Assembly: GCA_016290875.1 (NCBI GenBank)
Contig: JAEEVL010000019.1
Span: 252 to 64,251, forward strand
From: Ruminococcus sp.
Lineage (GTDB): Bacteria; Bacillota; Clostridia; Oscillospirales; Ruminococcaceae
Direction of reading: 5' to 3'
Length of the DNA stretch: 64,000 nucleotides
Of this stretch, positions 37,632 to 47,305 are shown piece by piece. Position 1 is the first letter of the stretch. Each line of letters opens with the position of its first letter. Below the pieces are notes generated by a model. That model was not told the origin of the DNA, made no database searches, and was given only the letters and a program-made list of their open reading frames with translations. Position numbers and translations under genes: made by a program.

Positions 37632-37670
37632 TCAGACTCTGCATGGAGATGATACAATTGTCAGCTTCAT
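37632..37670 (-). CDS. Putative 12-aa leader peptide MKLTIVSSPCRV
   Basis: AAGGAG RBS; between promoter TTGATT-N17-TATAAT (37718-37746, minus) and MFS start; overlaps hairpin. Confidence 0.5.
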   Translation of the reverse strand: MKLTIVSSPCRV

Positions 37671-37949
37671 TTCTGTCTCAACTCCTTATGAAAATTCTAA
37701 ATTTTTAATATACGTATATTATATCACTTTCCGACTAATGAATCAATAATCAACTATATTTTCATTACATTATTTGAAGATCTGAATTATCCGGTTCAAA
37801 AAGGAACACCTCAAGCTTTCACAGAGCTTTTAGGAACAATTATTTAATTTGTTCTAAAAAAATCGCAATTTGTGAGTAGACATATACTATATGAATATGG
37901 TAACATAAATATTGGTAGGGTTATAAATATATATAGGGAGGTAATTACT

Positions 37950-39560
37950 ATGAAAAAACTTTTATCCATTATTGCTGCAGCAACTCTTTCACTTTCTGTT
38001 ACTGCATCACTGCCCGTTACAGCAGCTGAATCAGATTATATGCTGCACAGTACCTTTGAGGACGGGAAAGAGCAGTGGGCAGGCCGTGGCTCTGCATCAG
38101 TAAGAGTCGTAACCGGAGTATCACGTTCCGGAGAGAGTTCACTGATGACGACCGGAAGAGAATCTGACTGGAACGGTGCAACTATGCCGCTTGGTTCTGA
38201 CTTTAAGGCGGGTCAGTCCTACGCATTCAGCGCATACGTTATGACAGACGACACATCTTCTCCGGTAACATTCTATCTGACTCTCCAGTACAAGTCAGGC
38301 AGTTCTACTGAGTACCCGAAAATAGCAGAGGTTACTGCTGAAAAGGGACAGTGGGCACATCTCGAAAACAAGGAGTTTACCATTCCAAGTGATGCAACCG
38401 ATATGCAGCTCTATGTTGAAACCAGCAAAACAACATGCAATTTCTACGTTGATGAAGTCGTTGGTGCAAAGGTCGGTACAGAGATCAGTGAGCCTGCGGC
38501 AGCTGTCAAAATGAGAAAAGGCGATATCAACTATGACGGCGTTATCAATGTATTCGACGTTATGCTTGCCCGCAAGGGACTCATTAACGGTATCACCGAC
38601 AAGAAAATCCTGAAAGCTGCTGACGCTGACAGCAATGGTGTGTTTGAGATAGCCGATATGGTTCTCATCACTGATTTCGTTATGGGAAGAATTAAAGAAT
38701 TCCCAGTTGTTGAACCTGAGCCCGGACAGGTCAAGTACACTATGAAAGAACTAACTGAAAAGGTTCAGAGTGAGCTTGTTAACAATGAACCCAGCGACTC
38801 ACACATGGAGAAAGCCGGTGTCAAGTACGGCACTATCGTGAAGAAGACCTACTTCTCCAAGAAGGCTAACAAGAATAAGCCGTACAACATCCTGCTTCCT
38901 GCTGATTATGATGAAAGCAAACAGTACCCTGTTCTCTATGTACTCCACGGTTTCTTTGAGAACGAGGATCGTATGATAACAAAGGGCAACGGTACGATGT
39001 ACACACGTCAGATAGTCGGAAACACTATCGCTTCCGGTGAAGCAAAGGATATGATCGTTGTTTGTCCTCTCATCTTCACAAGTGCTACAAAGGAAAGTGC
39101 TACCGACTTTGGTGATCCTGCATCTGTTGAAGGCTACAACAACTTTGTTGACGATATAGTTGACAGCCTTATGCCTCACATTGAAGCTAACTACAGCGTC
39201 AAGACAGGAAGAGACTATACAGCTGTTACCGGATTCTCCATGGGCGGTATGGAATCACTCCAGATCGGTATGAAGTACGGCGACAAGTTCGGATATGTCG
39301 GAGCTATCTGTCCGGCTCCCGGCGGACAGGGTGCATGGAAGTGGAACAAAGAAGAGGAAACTCCTCACTTGGTATTCATAACCGGAGGTACCTCAGATGA
39401 TGTTGTCAGACTCACAACTCCGGAGGGATACCACAACAACTTCACAAAGAACGGCGTTCCCCATGTATGGCACGTTGTTCAGGGCGGTCATCACGGTGAC
39501 GACTCTATCCACTCAAGTCTCTATTGCTTCGTAAGAGCAGTATTCCAGGCAGTTGACTGA
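37950..39560 (+). CDS. Cellulosomal CBM22-dockerin-CE1 (feruloyl/acetyl xylan esterase)
   Basis: Signal peptide; CBM4/9/22-like module; KGDINYDGVINVFDV...ADADSNGVFEIADM dockerin; GFSMGG esterase. Confidence 0.88.
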   Translation: MKKLLSIIAAATLSLSVTASLPVTAAESDYMLHSTFEDGKEQWAGRGSASVRVVTGVSRSGESSLMTTGRESDWNGATMPLGSDFKAGQSYAFSAYVMTDDTSSPVTFYLTLQYKSGSSTEYPKIAEVTAEKGQWAHLENKEFTIPSDATDMQLYVETSKTTCNFYVDEVVGAKVGTEISEPAAAVKMRKGDINYDGVINVFDVMLARKGLINGITDKKILKAADADSNGVFEIADMVLITDFVMGRIKEFPVVEPEPGQVKYTMKELTEKVQSELVNNEPSDSHMEKAGVKYGTIVKKTYFSKKANKNKPYNILLPADYDESKQYPVLYVLHGFFENEDRMITKGNGTMYTRQIVGNTIASGEAKDMIVVCPLIFTSATKESATDFGDPASVEGYNNFVDDIVDSLMPHIEANYSVKTGRDYTAVTGFSMGGMESLQIGMKYGDKFGYVGAICPAPGGQGAWKWNKEEETPHLVFITGGTSDDVVRLTTPEGYHNNFTKNGVPHVWHVVQGGHHGDDSIHSSLYCFVRAVFQAVD

Positions 39561-39609
39561 TAAGGCACAGTTTATTAACCCGTTTGCTTATAAAATATCC
39601 TAATGTAAT

Positions 39610-39645
39610 AATTCCTCATAGTTTCGGCTATGAGGAATTTTTTCT
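39610..39645. terminator. Terminator hairpin
   Basis: AATTCCTCATAG-TTTCGG-CTATGAGGAATT + T-run. Confidence 0.8.
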
Positions 39646-39754
39646 TAATACTTGCCGTGTGCAAAAAAATGCGGAACACAAAACGCTCCGCATAAATAAA
39701 ATCATATGTCAGTCATTATTCAACTCTATGGCTTAGCTGAAATAAAACCTATAA

Positions 39755-41440
39755 TCACTTTACATAGTTGACATGAAGAAGCTCGTGGATACTGTCCTTC
39801 ATAACAAAATCATAAAGATCGCCGAGTATACGATTATCCTGTGAACACTTAACAGAATTTTCTCTGTCAGAACGGTAGAGTCCTTCTCCGCGCTTTTCAC
39901 GGTGTCTGTGAGATATATATGGCTGACCTGCACCGCTAATGCAGCCACCTCGGCAAGCCATAACTTCAATAAGGTCGTAGTTAAGTTCACCCTTCTTAAC
40001 ACCTTCAATGAGTTTGCTTGCATTCGCAAGACCACTTACTACTGCTATATGAAGTTCACGATCACCGTAAGGAATAACAGCTTCCTTAACGTCATCCATA
40101 CCTCTTACACCAACATACTCGATCTGTGCAAGAGTCTTTCTTGAATTGTCATTTACAACCTTTCTGAGAACAGCTTCTGTTACGCCGCCTGTAACTCCGA
40201 ATATAACGCCTGCACCTGATGCTGTACCGAAAGGCATATCAACTGATTCAGGTTCGATCTCATTGAACATTATACCTGATTCCTTGATTATCTTGATAAG
40301 CTCCTGTGTTGTGATAACATCATCTGTAACTGATCCGAATTCATCGCGTTTAGCCTCGAACTTCTTAGCTGTACATGGCATGAGAGCAAAATGATAGTGC
40401 TTTGTCTTGCTCTCAGGAAGCTTATCTTTATAGTATTTCTTCACTACTGCCGAGAACATACTCATAGGTGAACGGCAGGTCGAGATATTAGGAAGCATTT
40501 CCGGATATTTCTTCTCGACATAGCTTACCCACGCAGGACAGCAAGATGTAAGGAGCGGAAGTTTTTCGCCCTTTTCTATCCTCTCAACAAACTCACCAGC
40601 CTCTTCGATAACTGTAAGGTCAGCGCCTGTAGCAGTATCGAATACCTTATCAACACCAACACGGTGAAGAACTGCCGTTATCTTACCCATAGTATTGTCG
40701 CCAAGTTCAAGTCCGAGCTCCTGTCCAATGCCTACACGGACAGCAGGTGCGATCTCGCAGGTAACAAATACCTCAGGATCATCTATCATATCAAGCACCT
40801 TTGATGTATCATCACGCACGATGATTGCACCGGTAGGACAATGTGCCGCACACTGACCGCAGTTTACGCAAAGAGACTCAGCGATAGGCTTATTAAAGGC
40901 TGTGCTGATAACTGCATTTGAACCTCTGTGTGCGAAGTCGATAGCGCCGACATTCTGTATCTCGTTACATTCACGAACACAGTCACCGCAGAGGATGCAC
41001 TTGCTGGAATCGCGGATAATGCTCGGTGAAGAATCGTCAATGACCTTATCTGTCTTGTCGTTATTAAAACGTACATCGGTTATACCAAACTGTACAGCAA
41101 GCTCCTGGAGTGTACATTTACCGCTGTTTTCGCAGGTAGTGCAATCACGGCAGTGACTTGCGAGAAGGAGTTCGAGAATACTCTTACGGTATCTGCGAAG
41201 TCTTGCTGTGTTGGTCTTTATTACCATACCGCTGCGCGGAACAGTTGAACAGGCAGCCATCATTCTGCCTTTCTCGTCCTCTACCATACACATACGACAG
41301 GCACCATAAATGGAAAGATCAGAGTGATAGCAGAACACAGGGAGCTTTATGCCGCTCTTGCTGATGACTTCAAGGAGGTTTCTCTCCCCTTCTATTTTGA
41401 CGAGCTTTCCGTCTATCTCAATAAAATTGTCTAACTGCAT
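39755..41440 (-). CDS. hydA: [FeFe]-hydrogenase catalytic subunit (group A, heterotrimeric)
   Basis: H-cluster motifs TSCCPAW, MPCTAKKFE, EVMACRGGC; N-terminal 2Fe-2S, His-ligated 4Fe-4S and 2x4Fe-4S. Confidence 0.93.
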   Translation of the reverse strand: MQLDNFIEIDGKLVKIEGERNLLEVISKSGIKLPVFCYHSDLSIYGACRMCMVEDEKGRMMAACSTVPRSGMVIKTNTARLRRYRKSILELLLASHCRDCTTCENSGKCTLQELAVQFGITDVRFNNDKTDKVIDDSSPSIIRDSSKCILCGDCVRECNEIQNVGAIDFAHRGSNAVISTAFNKPIAESLCVNCGQCAAHCPTGAIIVRDDTSKVLDMIDDPEVFVTCEIAPAVRVGIGQELGLELGDNTMGKITAVLHRVGVDKVFDTATGADLTVIEEAGEFVERIEKGEKLPLLTSCCPAWVSYVEKKYPEMLPNISTCRSPMSMFSAVVKKYYKDKLPESKTKHYHFALMPCTAKKFEAKRDEFGSVTDDVITTQELIKIIKESGIMFNEIEPESVDMPFGTASGAGVIFGVTGGVTEAVLRKVVNDNSRKTLAQIEYVGVRGMDDVKEAVIPYGDRELHIAVVSGLANASKLIEGVKKGELNYDLIEVMACRGGCISGAGQPYISHRHREKRGEGLYRSDRENSVKCSQDNRILGDLYDFVMKDSIHELLHVNYVK

Positions 41441-41441
41441 A

Positions 41442-43325
41442 TTATGCCTCCTCCTTGACTGCGCCGAATGAACAGTTGCTCAGACAAGCGCCGCACTTGA
41501 TACACTTATCCTGATCTATTACATATGGTGATTTGATCTTTCCGTCAATAGCACTTACAGGACAGTTTCTTGCACACTTTGAACAGCCCTTGCACTTCTC
41601 TGCATCTATCACATAGCGCTTCAGCTTGCTGCAGGCACCGGCGGGACAGCGCTTCTGATAGATATGAGCCTCATATTCGTCACGGAAGTTCTTGATAGTC
41701 GAGATAACAGGTGAAGGAGCAGTCTTGCCCAGTCCGCACAGAGCTGTATTTGAAATAGTATCTGCGAGTTCTTCAAGAAGCTCGATATCTCCGTCCTGTC
41801 CGTTGCCTGCTGTGATACGCTCAAGTATCTCAAGCATACGCTTTGTGCCCTCACGGCACGGAACGCACTTACCGCAGGACTCGTTCTGTGTGAAGTTCAT
41901 AAAGAAACGTGCAATCTCGACCATACAAGTCTTGTCATCCATAACAACAAGTCCGCCTGAACCTATCATTGCACCAACGCTCTTTAGGGAATCGAAATCT
42001 AGCGGAACGTCAAGGTCCTTCTCGGTAAGACATCCGCCTGAAGGTCCACCTATCTGAACTGCCTTGAACTTAGTATCGCCCTTCATGCCGCCTCCGATAT
42101 CAAAGATGACCTCACGGAGAGTTGTACCCATTGGAACTTCGATAAGGCCTGTATTCCTGATAGTACCTGTAAGAGCAAATGCCTTTGTTCCGGGACTGTT
42201 CTCAGGTCCAATAGCCTTGTACCATGCTGCGCCCTTGTTTATAATCATAGGCACGTTTGCATATGTCTCGACGTTGTTGAGGTTTGTAGGCTTGTCGAAA
42301 AGTCCGTGCTCAACTGTACGAGGCGGCTTAACACGCGGCATACCTCTTTTGCCCTCGATAGACGCTGTAAGAGCTGAACCCTCACCGCATACGAATGCTC
42401 CTGCACCGCGGTTTATATGTACGTGGAAGCTCTTTCCCGAACCCAGGATATTATCTCCGAGTATACCAAGCTCTTCAGCCTGTGCGATAGCAGTTCTCAG
42501 ACGGTCAACAGCAAGAGGATACTCTGCACGAACGTAAATATAGCCCTCTGATGAACCTATAGCTATACCTGCTATCATCATACCCTCGAGGAGTCTGTGA
42601 GGATCTCCCTCCATAATGGAACGATCCATAAATGCACCCGGATCGCCTTCATCACCGTTGCAGACGATGTACTTAGGCTCTTCCTTCTGCTTTGCACATG
42701 AAGCCCATTTTCTTCCGGCAGCAAATCCGCCGCCGCCGCGTCCTCTGAGGTTGGATTCGGATACCTCATTGATGATATCATCAGGAGTTACATCAAACAG
42801 GCACTTTTCAAGTGCTGTATAACCGCCGAGGGCGATGTATTCACGGATAGATGAAGCGTTGATATGTCCGCATGATTCAAGTACAACTCTTGTCTGCTTC
42901 TTATAGAAAGGAATCTCTTCCTGCTTAGGATATATCTCACCGTTCTGCTTGTAAACCAGACGCTCTATCATTTCTCCGCCGAGAATAGTCTTTTCAACTA
43001 TCTCCTCGCAATCCTCAACCTTTACCTTTGTGTAAAGCCATCCCTGAGGTTCGATACGAACGAGAGGTCCCATTTCGCAGAAACCGTGACATCCGCTTTT
43101 CTTCATACCTACGGCATCACCGTGTGGCTCGTCTGCAAGTTCAACGTCAACATTTACTCCCTTTTCCTCAAGGAGTCCTTTCAGTTTATCGAATATATTA
43201 AGTGAACCGCCTGCAACACAACCTGTACCGCCACAGACGAGAATCTTCTTCTTTTCGCCGTCGAAAGCGGCCTTACAGACTTTTCTGAGGGCAGTAAGTT
43301 CTTCTCTTGAATTAAGCTTATTCAT
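41442..43325 (-). CDS. hydB: NuoF-like diaphorase subunit of [FeFe]-hydrogenase
   Basis: RGRGGGGF, CNGDEGDPGAFMDR, GGPSGG, CGKCVPCREG, C-terminal 2x4Fe-4S. Confidence 0.93.
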   Translation of the reverse strand: MNKLNSREELTALRKVCKAAFDGEKKKILVCGGTGCVAGGSLNIFDKLKGLLEEKGVNVDVELADEPHGDAVGMKKSGCHGFCEMGPLVRIEPQGWLYTKVKVEDCEEIVEKTILGGEMIERLVYKQNGEIYPKQEEIPFYKKQTRVVLESCGHINASSIREYIALGGYTALEKCLFDVTPDDIINEVSESNLRGRGGGGFAAGRKWASCAKQKEEPKYIVCNGDEGDPGAFMDRSIMEGDPHRLLEGMMIAGIAIGSSEGYIYVRAEYPLAVDRLRTAIAQAEELGILGDNILGSGKSFHVHINRGAGAFVCGEGSALTASIEGKRGMPRVKPPRTVEHGLFDKPTNLNNVETYANVPMIINKGAAWYKAIGPENSPGTKAFALTGTIRNTGLIEVPMGTTLREVIFDIGGGMKGDTKFKAVQIGGPSGGCLTEKDLDVPLDFDSLKSVGAMIGSGGLVVMDDKTCMVEIARFFMNFTQNESCGKCVPCREGTKRMLEILERITAGNGQDGDIELLEELADTISNTALCGLGKTAPSPVISTIKNFRDEYEAHIYQKRCPAGACSKLKRYVIDAEKCKGCSKCARNCPVSAIDGKIKSPYVIDQDKCIKCGACLSNCSFGAVKEEA

Positions 43326-43809
43326 TTGCAGCAGCCTCCTTTGCTCTGAGTTCATTAAGCAGCTCAACAGCCTTTTCAGGTGTCATAGCAGGGTAAGTTT
43401 CACCGTTTACTGTAAGAACAGGTGCAAGTCCGCAAGCACCGAGACATGACACAGTTTCCACTGTGAACATAAGGTCATCGGTCGTTTTCTTTTCCTCGCT
43501 TAGTCCGAGTTCTTCACGGAGCTTATTAAGGATAGGAAGTGAACCTCTTACGTGACAGGCAGTACCGTCACAGCAGCGGATCACGTACTTGCCTTTTGGA
43601 TCAAGAGAAAAGTTCTCATAGAATGTCGCAACACCGTAAAGACGAGCTTCGCCTACATTGATGGCTTTTGCAATATGAGGGAATACCTCCTCAGGGAGAT
43701 AATGATAGTATTCCTGAACATCCTGTAAGATTGCGATAGTTGAAAGCTCTTCAGCAGGATATTTTGCGAGAATATTATCTACTACTGTAAAATCGAAATC
43801 CTTTTTCAT
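43318..43809 (-). CDS. hydC: NuoE-like 2Fe-2S subunit
   Basis: CDGTACHVRG...CLGAC. Confidence 0.92.
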   Translation of the reverse strand: MKKDFDFTVVDNILAKYPAEELSTIAILQDVQEYYHYLPEEVFPHIAKAINVGEARLYGVATFYENFSLDPKGKYVIRCCDGTACHVRGSLPILNKLREELGLSEEKKTTDDLMFTVETVSCLGACGLAPVLTVNGETYPAMTPEKAVELLNELRAKEAAANE

Positions 43810-45227
43810 ACTTTCTCCTTACTCATAATATATTCGTCGATAGCTTTAGCGGCAGTTTTTCCGGCACCCATAGCGGATATAACGGTAGCAGCACCAGTTA
43901 CTGCGTCACCGCCTGCGTAAACGCCCTGCCTTGATGTTAGACCGTCTTCGGAAATAATGATACCGCCGCGGCTGTTAACTTCAAGACCGTCAGTTGTATT
44001 CTTGATAAGCGGATTAGGTGATGTACCGATAGAAATGATGACTGTATCAACATCAAGTACAAATTCGCTTTCCTCAACCGGAACCAGACGGCGCCTGCCG
44101 CGTTCATCAGGTTCACCGAGTTCCATTTTTATACATTTCATACCTGTAACAAAACCATTTTTCGGATCACGGGGATCATCAGGATTATTATATCCAAGAA
44201 TTTCAACGGGATTATTGAGAAGGCGGAAATCTATTCCTTCTTCCTGAGCGTGCTCAACCTCTTCCTTACGTGCAGGAAGCTCCTCCATTGAACGGCGGTA
44301 AACTATATATACATGCTCAGCACCGAGTCTGAGAGCAGTTCTTGCAGCATCCATAGCAACGTTTCCGCCTCCGACAACAGCAACATTTCCGCCCTTCATT
44401 ATAGGAGTCTCAGGTTCATCAAGGTAAGCTTTCATAAGGTTGCTTCTTGTGAGGAACTCATTTGCTGAGTATACGCCCTTGTAGCTTTCTCCCGGAATTC
44501 CCATAAAGTTCGGAAGGCCAGCACCGGAGCCGATAAAAACTGCCTCAAATCCCATATCGAACAGCTCATCGACTGTCAGAGTCTTACCGATGATGACGTT
44601 TGTTTCGATCTCTACACCAAGCGCCTTCAGAGTTTCAACTTCTTTTGCAACGATAGCCTTAGGAAGTCTGAATTCAGGGATACCATATACAAGTACACCG
44701 CCTGCTGTGTGCAGAGCTTCATATACTGTTACCTTATATCCCTTCTTTGCCAGGTCGCCTGCGCAGGTAAGTCCTGAAGGACCTGAACCAACAACTGCGA
44801 CTTTGTGCTCGTTGCATACTATATCGGAAGTCATCTTTCCGGTATGAGCGTTATGCCAGTCAGCGACAAAACGCTCAAGTCTGCCGATACCAACAGGCTC
44901 GCCTTTGATACCTCGTACACATTTGCATTCGCATTGTGTTTCCTGTGGACAGACTCTTCCGCATACAGCAGGAAGACTTGACGTCTGATTGATTATCTTG
45001 TAAGCTTCCTCAAATTCGCCTTCCTTAACCTTAGAGATGAATTCGGGAATATGTATATTAACGGGACATCCGGTAACACACGGCATATTATTGCAGTTAA
45101 GGCAGCGTTCAGCTTCGTTTATCGCAGTCTCCTCAGTATATCCAAGAGCTACTTCACTGAAATTATGTGCTCTGACTTTTGGCTCCTGTGCAGGCATGGG
45201 ATTTTTATTAAGTGACATATTAGGCAT
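43806..45227 (-). CDS. nfnB: NfnB/SudA (GltD-like) large subunit of NADH-dependent ferredoxin:NADP+ oxidoreductase
   Basis: ERCLNC..PCVTGCP, CGRVCPQETQCE, GSGPSG, GGGNVAMD; follows NfnA-like gene. Confidence 0.85.
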   Translation of the reverse strand: MPNMSLNKNPMPAQEPKVRAHNFSEVALGYTEETAINEAERCLNCNNMPCVTGCPVNIHIPEFISKVKEGEFEEAYKIINQTSSLPAVCGRVCPQETQCECKCVRGIKGEPVGIGRLERFVADWHNAHTGKMTSDIVCNEHKVAVVGSGPSGLTCAGDLAKKGYKVTVYEALHTAGGVLVYGIPEFRLPKAIVAKEVETLKALGVEIETNVIIGKTLTVDELFDMGFEAVFIGSGAGLPNFMGIPGESYKGVYSANEFLTRSNLMKAYLDEPETPIMKGGNVAVVGGGNVAMDAARTALRLGAEHVYIVYRRSMEELPARKEEVEHAQEEGIDFRLLNNPVEILGYNNPDDPRDPKNGFVTGMKCIKMELGEPDERGRRRLVPVEESEFVLDVDTVIISIGTSPNPLIKNTTDGLEVNSRGGIIISEDGLTSRQGVYAGGDAVTGAATVISAMGAGKTAAKAIDEYIMSKEKV

Positions 45228-45228
45228 T

Positions 45229-46080
45229 TCAAATCCCCTCCTTTAAAAGATTGCACGCCTTATCATAAGCGTGGCGCTCATATTCAGCATACATTCTGCC
45301 TCTTGACATAGCTTCATCGAAATCCACTTCATATCCATTGAAGTCAGGCCCGTCAACGCAAGCAAACTTTGTTACTTTCTTTCCGTCTTTATTAAGAGTT
45401 AATCGGCATCCGCCGCACATACCTGTTCCATCGATCATTATAGGATTCATGGAAACTGTTACAGGAACATCAAAAGGCTTCGCAGCAGCAACCACGAACT
45501 TCATCATAATAAGAGGTCCGATAGTAATAATCATATCGAACTTCTCCCCTGCTTCAAGGTATTCCTTCAAGGGAATAGTTACATTACCCTGACGAGCATA
45601 AGAGCCGTCATCAGTCATAACTGTAAGTCTGTCAGAGCAAGCTTTGAACTCATCTTCAAGAATAAGAAGGTCTTTGTTTCTGAATCCGATTATGCTTGTT
45701 ACTTCAGCTCCGAGTCTGTGGAATTCCTGTGCCACCGGCATTGCTATAGCACAGCCTACTCCGCCGCCAACGATACAGACTTTTCTGATACCATCGGTAT
45801 GTGTGGCAACTCCGAGAGGTCCTGCGAAGTCCTGTATCGATTCTCCCTCGTTTTTACTGTCAAGCATCTTAGTAGTCTTGCCAACTATCTGAAAAATTAT
45901 CTTTACTGTACCGTTTTCAGCATCGATACCTGCAACTGTAAGTGGGATACGCTCACCATTCTCATCAACACGAAGGATAATGAACTGCCCCGGCTTAGCC
46001 TTTGCAGCCACCAGCGGAGCATATATCTCCATCTGTGTAACTGTCAGATTAAGGCGTTTTTTAGAAACTATTCTATACAT
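45229..46080 (-). CDS. nfnA: NfnA/SudB small subunit
   Basis: KPGQFIILR..ERIPLT, GGGVG, MIDGTGMCGGCR, CVDGPDF. Confidence 0.88.
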   Translation of the reverse strand: MYRIVSKKRLNLTVTQMEIYAPLVAAKAKPGQFIILRVDENGERIPLTVAGIDAENGTVKIIFQIVGKTTKMLDSKNEGESIQDFAGPLGVATHTDGIRKVCIVGGGVGCAIAMPVAQEFHRLGAEVTSIIGFRNKDLLILEDEFKACSDRLTVMTDDGSYARQGNVTIPLKEYLEAGEKFDMIITIGPLIMMKFVVAAAKPFDVPVTVSMNPIMIDGTGMCGGCRLTLNKDGKKVTKFACVDGPDFNGYEVDFDEAMSRGRMYAEYERHAYDKACNLLKEGI

Positions 46081-46313
46081 TTTTCACTCCGTTAAATTCC
46101 TGTTTTCAACCCGGCGTGTATGGTGCCGGCGGGCTGAGATAATGAAGGTTTTTATACCAATGCAGATGTGATATCTACATCTGTATCTTATCAGCATTGA
46201 GAAGCTTTTCGTTCTCTCAACGAAAAGCTGTCTCGGATTTGAACTGGCAGGCATCAGCTATAATAACAACTGGAGCCAACCTATTTTATTTTAGCACAAT
46301 TAAACAAAGCCGT

Positions 46314-46346
46314 GAATAATCAAAATAGTATATAGGTTATATCATT
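46314..46346 (-). promoter_or_regulatory. Putative LysR operator abutting -35 of nfnA promoter
   Basis: 27/33 identity to 52387-52419, both 20 nt from an extended -10 on the minus strand. Confidence 0.6.
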
Positions 46347-46360
46347 TGAGCTAATAATAC

Positions 46361-47305
46361 TTAAATACTGATGCTGCCGATAACCTTTCTTACACAGTCA
46401 GCACTATTATGGAGCTGCTTTATCTCGTCATCTGTAAGAGGCAGCATTACCTTGCCCTGTACGCCCTTGTTGCCAATGATATTGAGGATACTCAGGCAGA
46501 TATCATCAAGTCCATACTCGCCGTGAAGCATAGTTGAAACTGTCATTGTTGTATCTATACCAGTGAGCAGACACTTACATATATAGCACACAGAAGTAGA
46601 TACTGCATAAAAAGTAGCTCCCTTGCGCTCGATAACGCTCGCTCCCGACTTGCGGACATATTCTTCAACAGCATTGTGATTGAAAACAGGCATTACAGCA
46701 TCAATGCCGTTTACCGATTCGTGGAACTTCTCTATCGGAATATTGGAGATATTTGCAGCTGACCACGGGATAAATGAAGAGTCTCCGTGTTCACCGAGAA
46801 CATATGCGTGTACGTTCTTCTGATTGATCTTGTAGTACTCGGAAAGTCTTGTACGAAGTCTTGAAGTATCAAGAATGGTTCCCGAACCGATAATATTATG
46901 ATCCGGTATTCCCGAGCATTTGCAGAAAACGTACGTCATAACGTCAACAGGATTGCTTACGATAAGATAATTTGTCTCCCCTGCATATCTTGTTATCTCA
47001 GGGATAATGCTCTTGAGAACATTTACGTTAGTCTGAGCAAGCTCAAGCCTGGACTGTCCCGGTTTTCTTGCAATACCCGAAGTAATGATAACTATGTCTG
47101 AGCCTGCCGCATCTGCATATGAACCGGCGTACACAGTAAATGGATTGCAGAACGGCGAACCCTGTCTGATATCAAGAGCTTCGCCGAGCGCTTTCTCATT
47201 GTTTATATCGATCATGACTATCTCTGAAGCTACTCCGAGAAGCGAAAGAGCATAGGCTATCGTCGAACCAACGCTGCCGGTTCCTATAATTGTAATTTTG
47301 TTCAT
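46361..47305 (-). CDS. ldh: L-lactate dehydrogenase
   Basis: GTGSVG, ARKPGQSRLEL (Gln specificity residue), SNPVD, GEHGDS. Confidence 0.88.
   Translation of the reverse strand: MNKITIIGTGSVGSTIAYALSLLGVASEIVMIDINNEKALGEALDIRQGSPFCNPFTVYAGSYADAAGSDIVIITSGIARKPGQSRLELAQTNVNVLKSIIPEITRYAGETNYLIVSNPVDVMTYVFCKCSGIPDHNIIGSGTILDTSRLRTRLSEYYKINQKNVHAYVLGEHGDSSFIPWSAANISNIPIEKFHESVNGIDAVMPVFNHNAVEEYVRKSGASVIERKGATFYAVSTSVCYICKCLLTGIDTTMTVSTMLHGEYGLDDICLSILNIIGNKGVQGKVMLPLTDDEIKQLHNSADCVRKVIGSISI

Noticed and set aside
43806-45227. Glutamate synthase small subunit (gltD)
   Set aside because: No gltB; adjacent NfnA-type gene indicates NfnB
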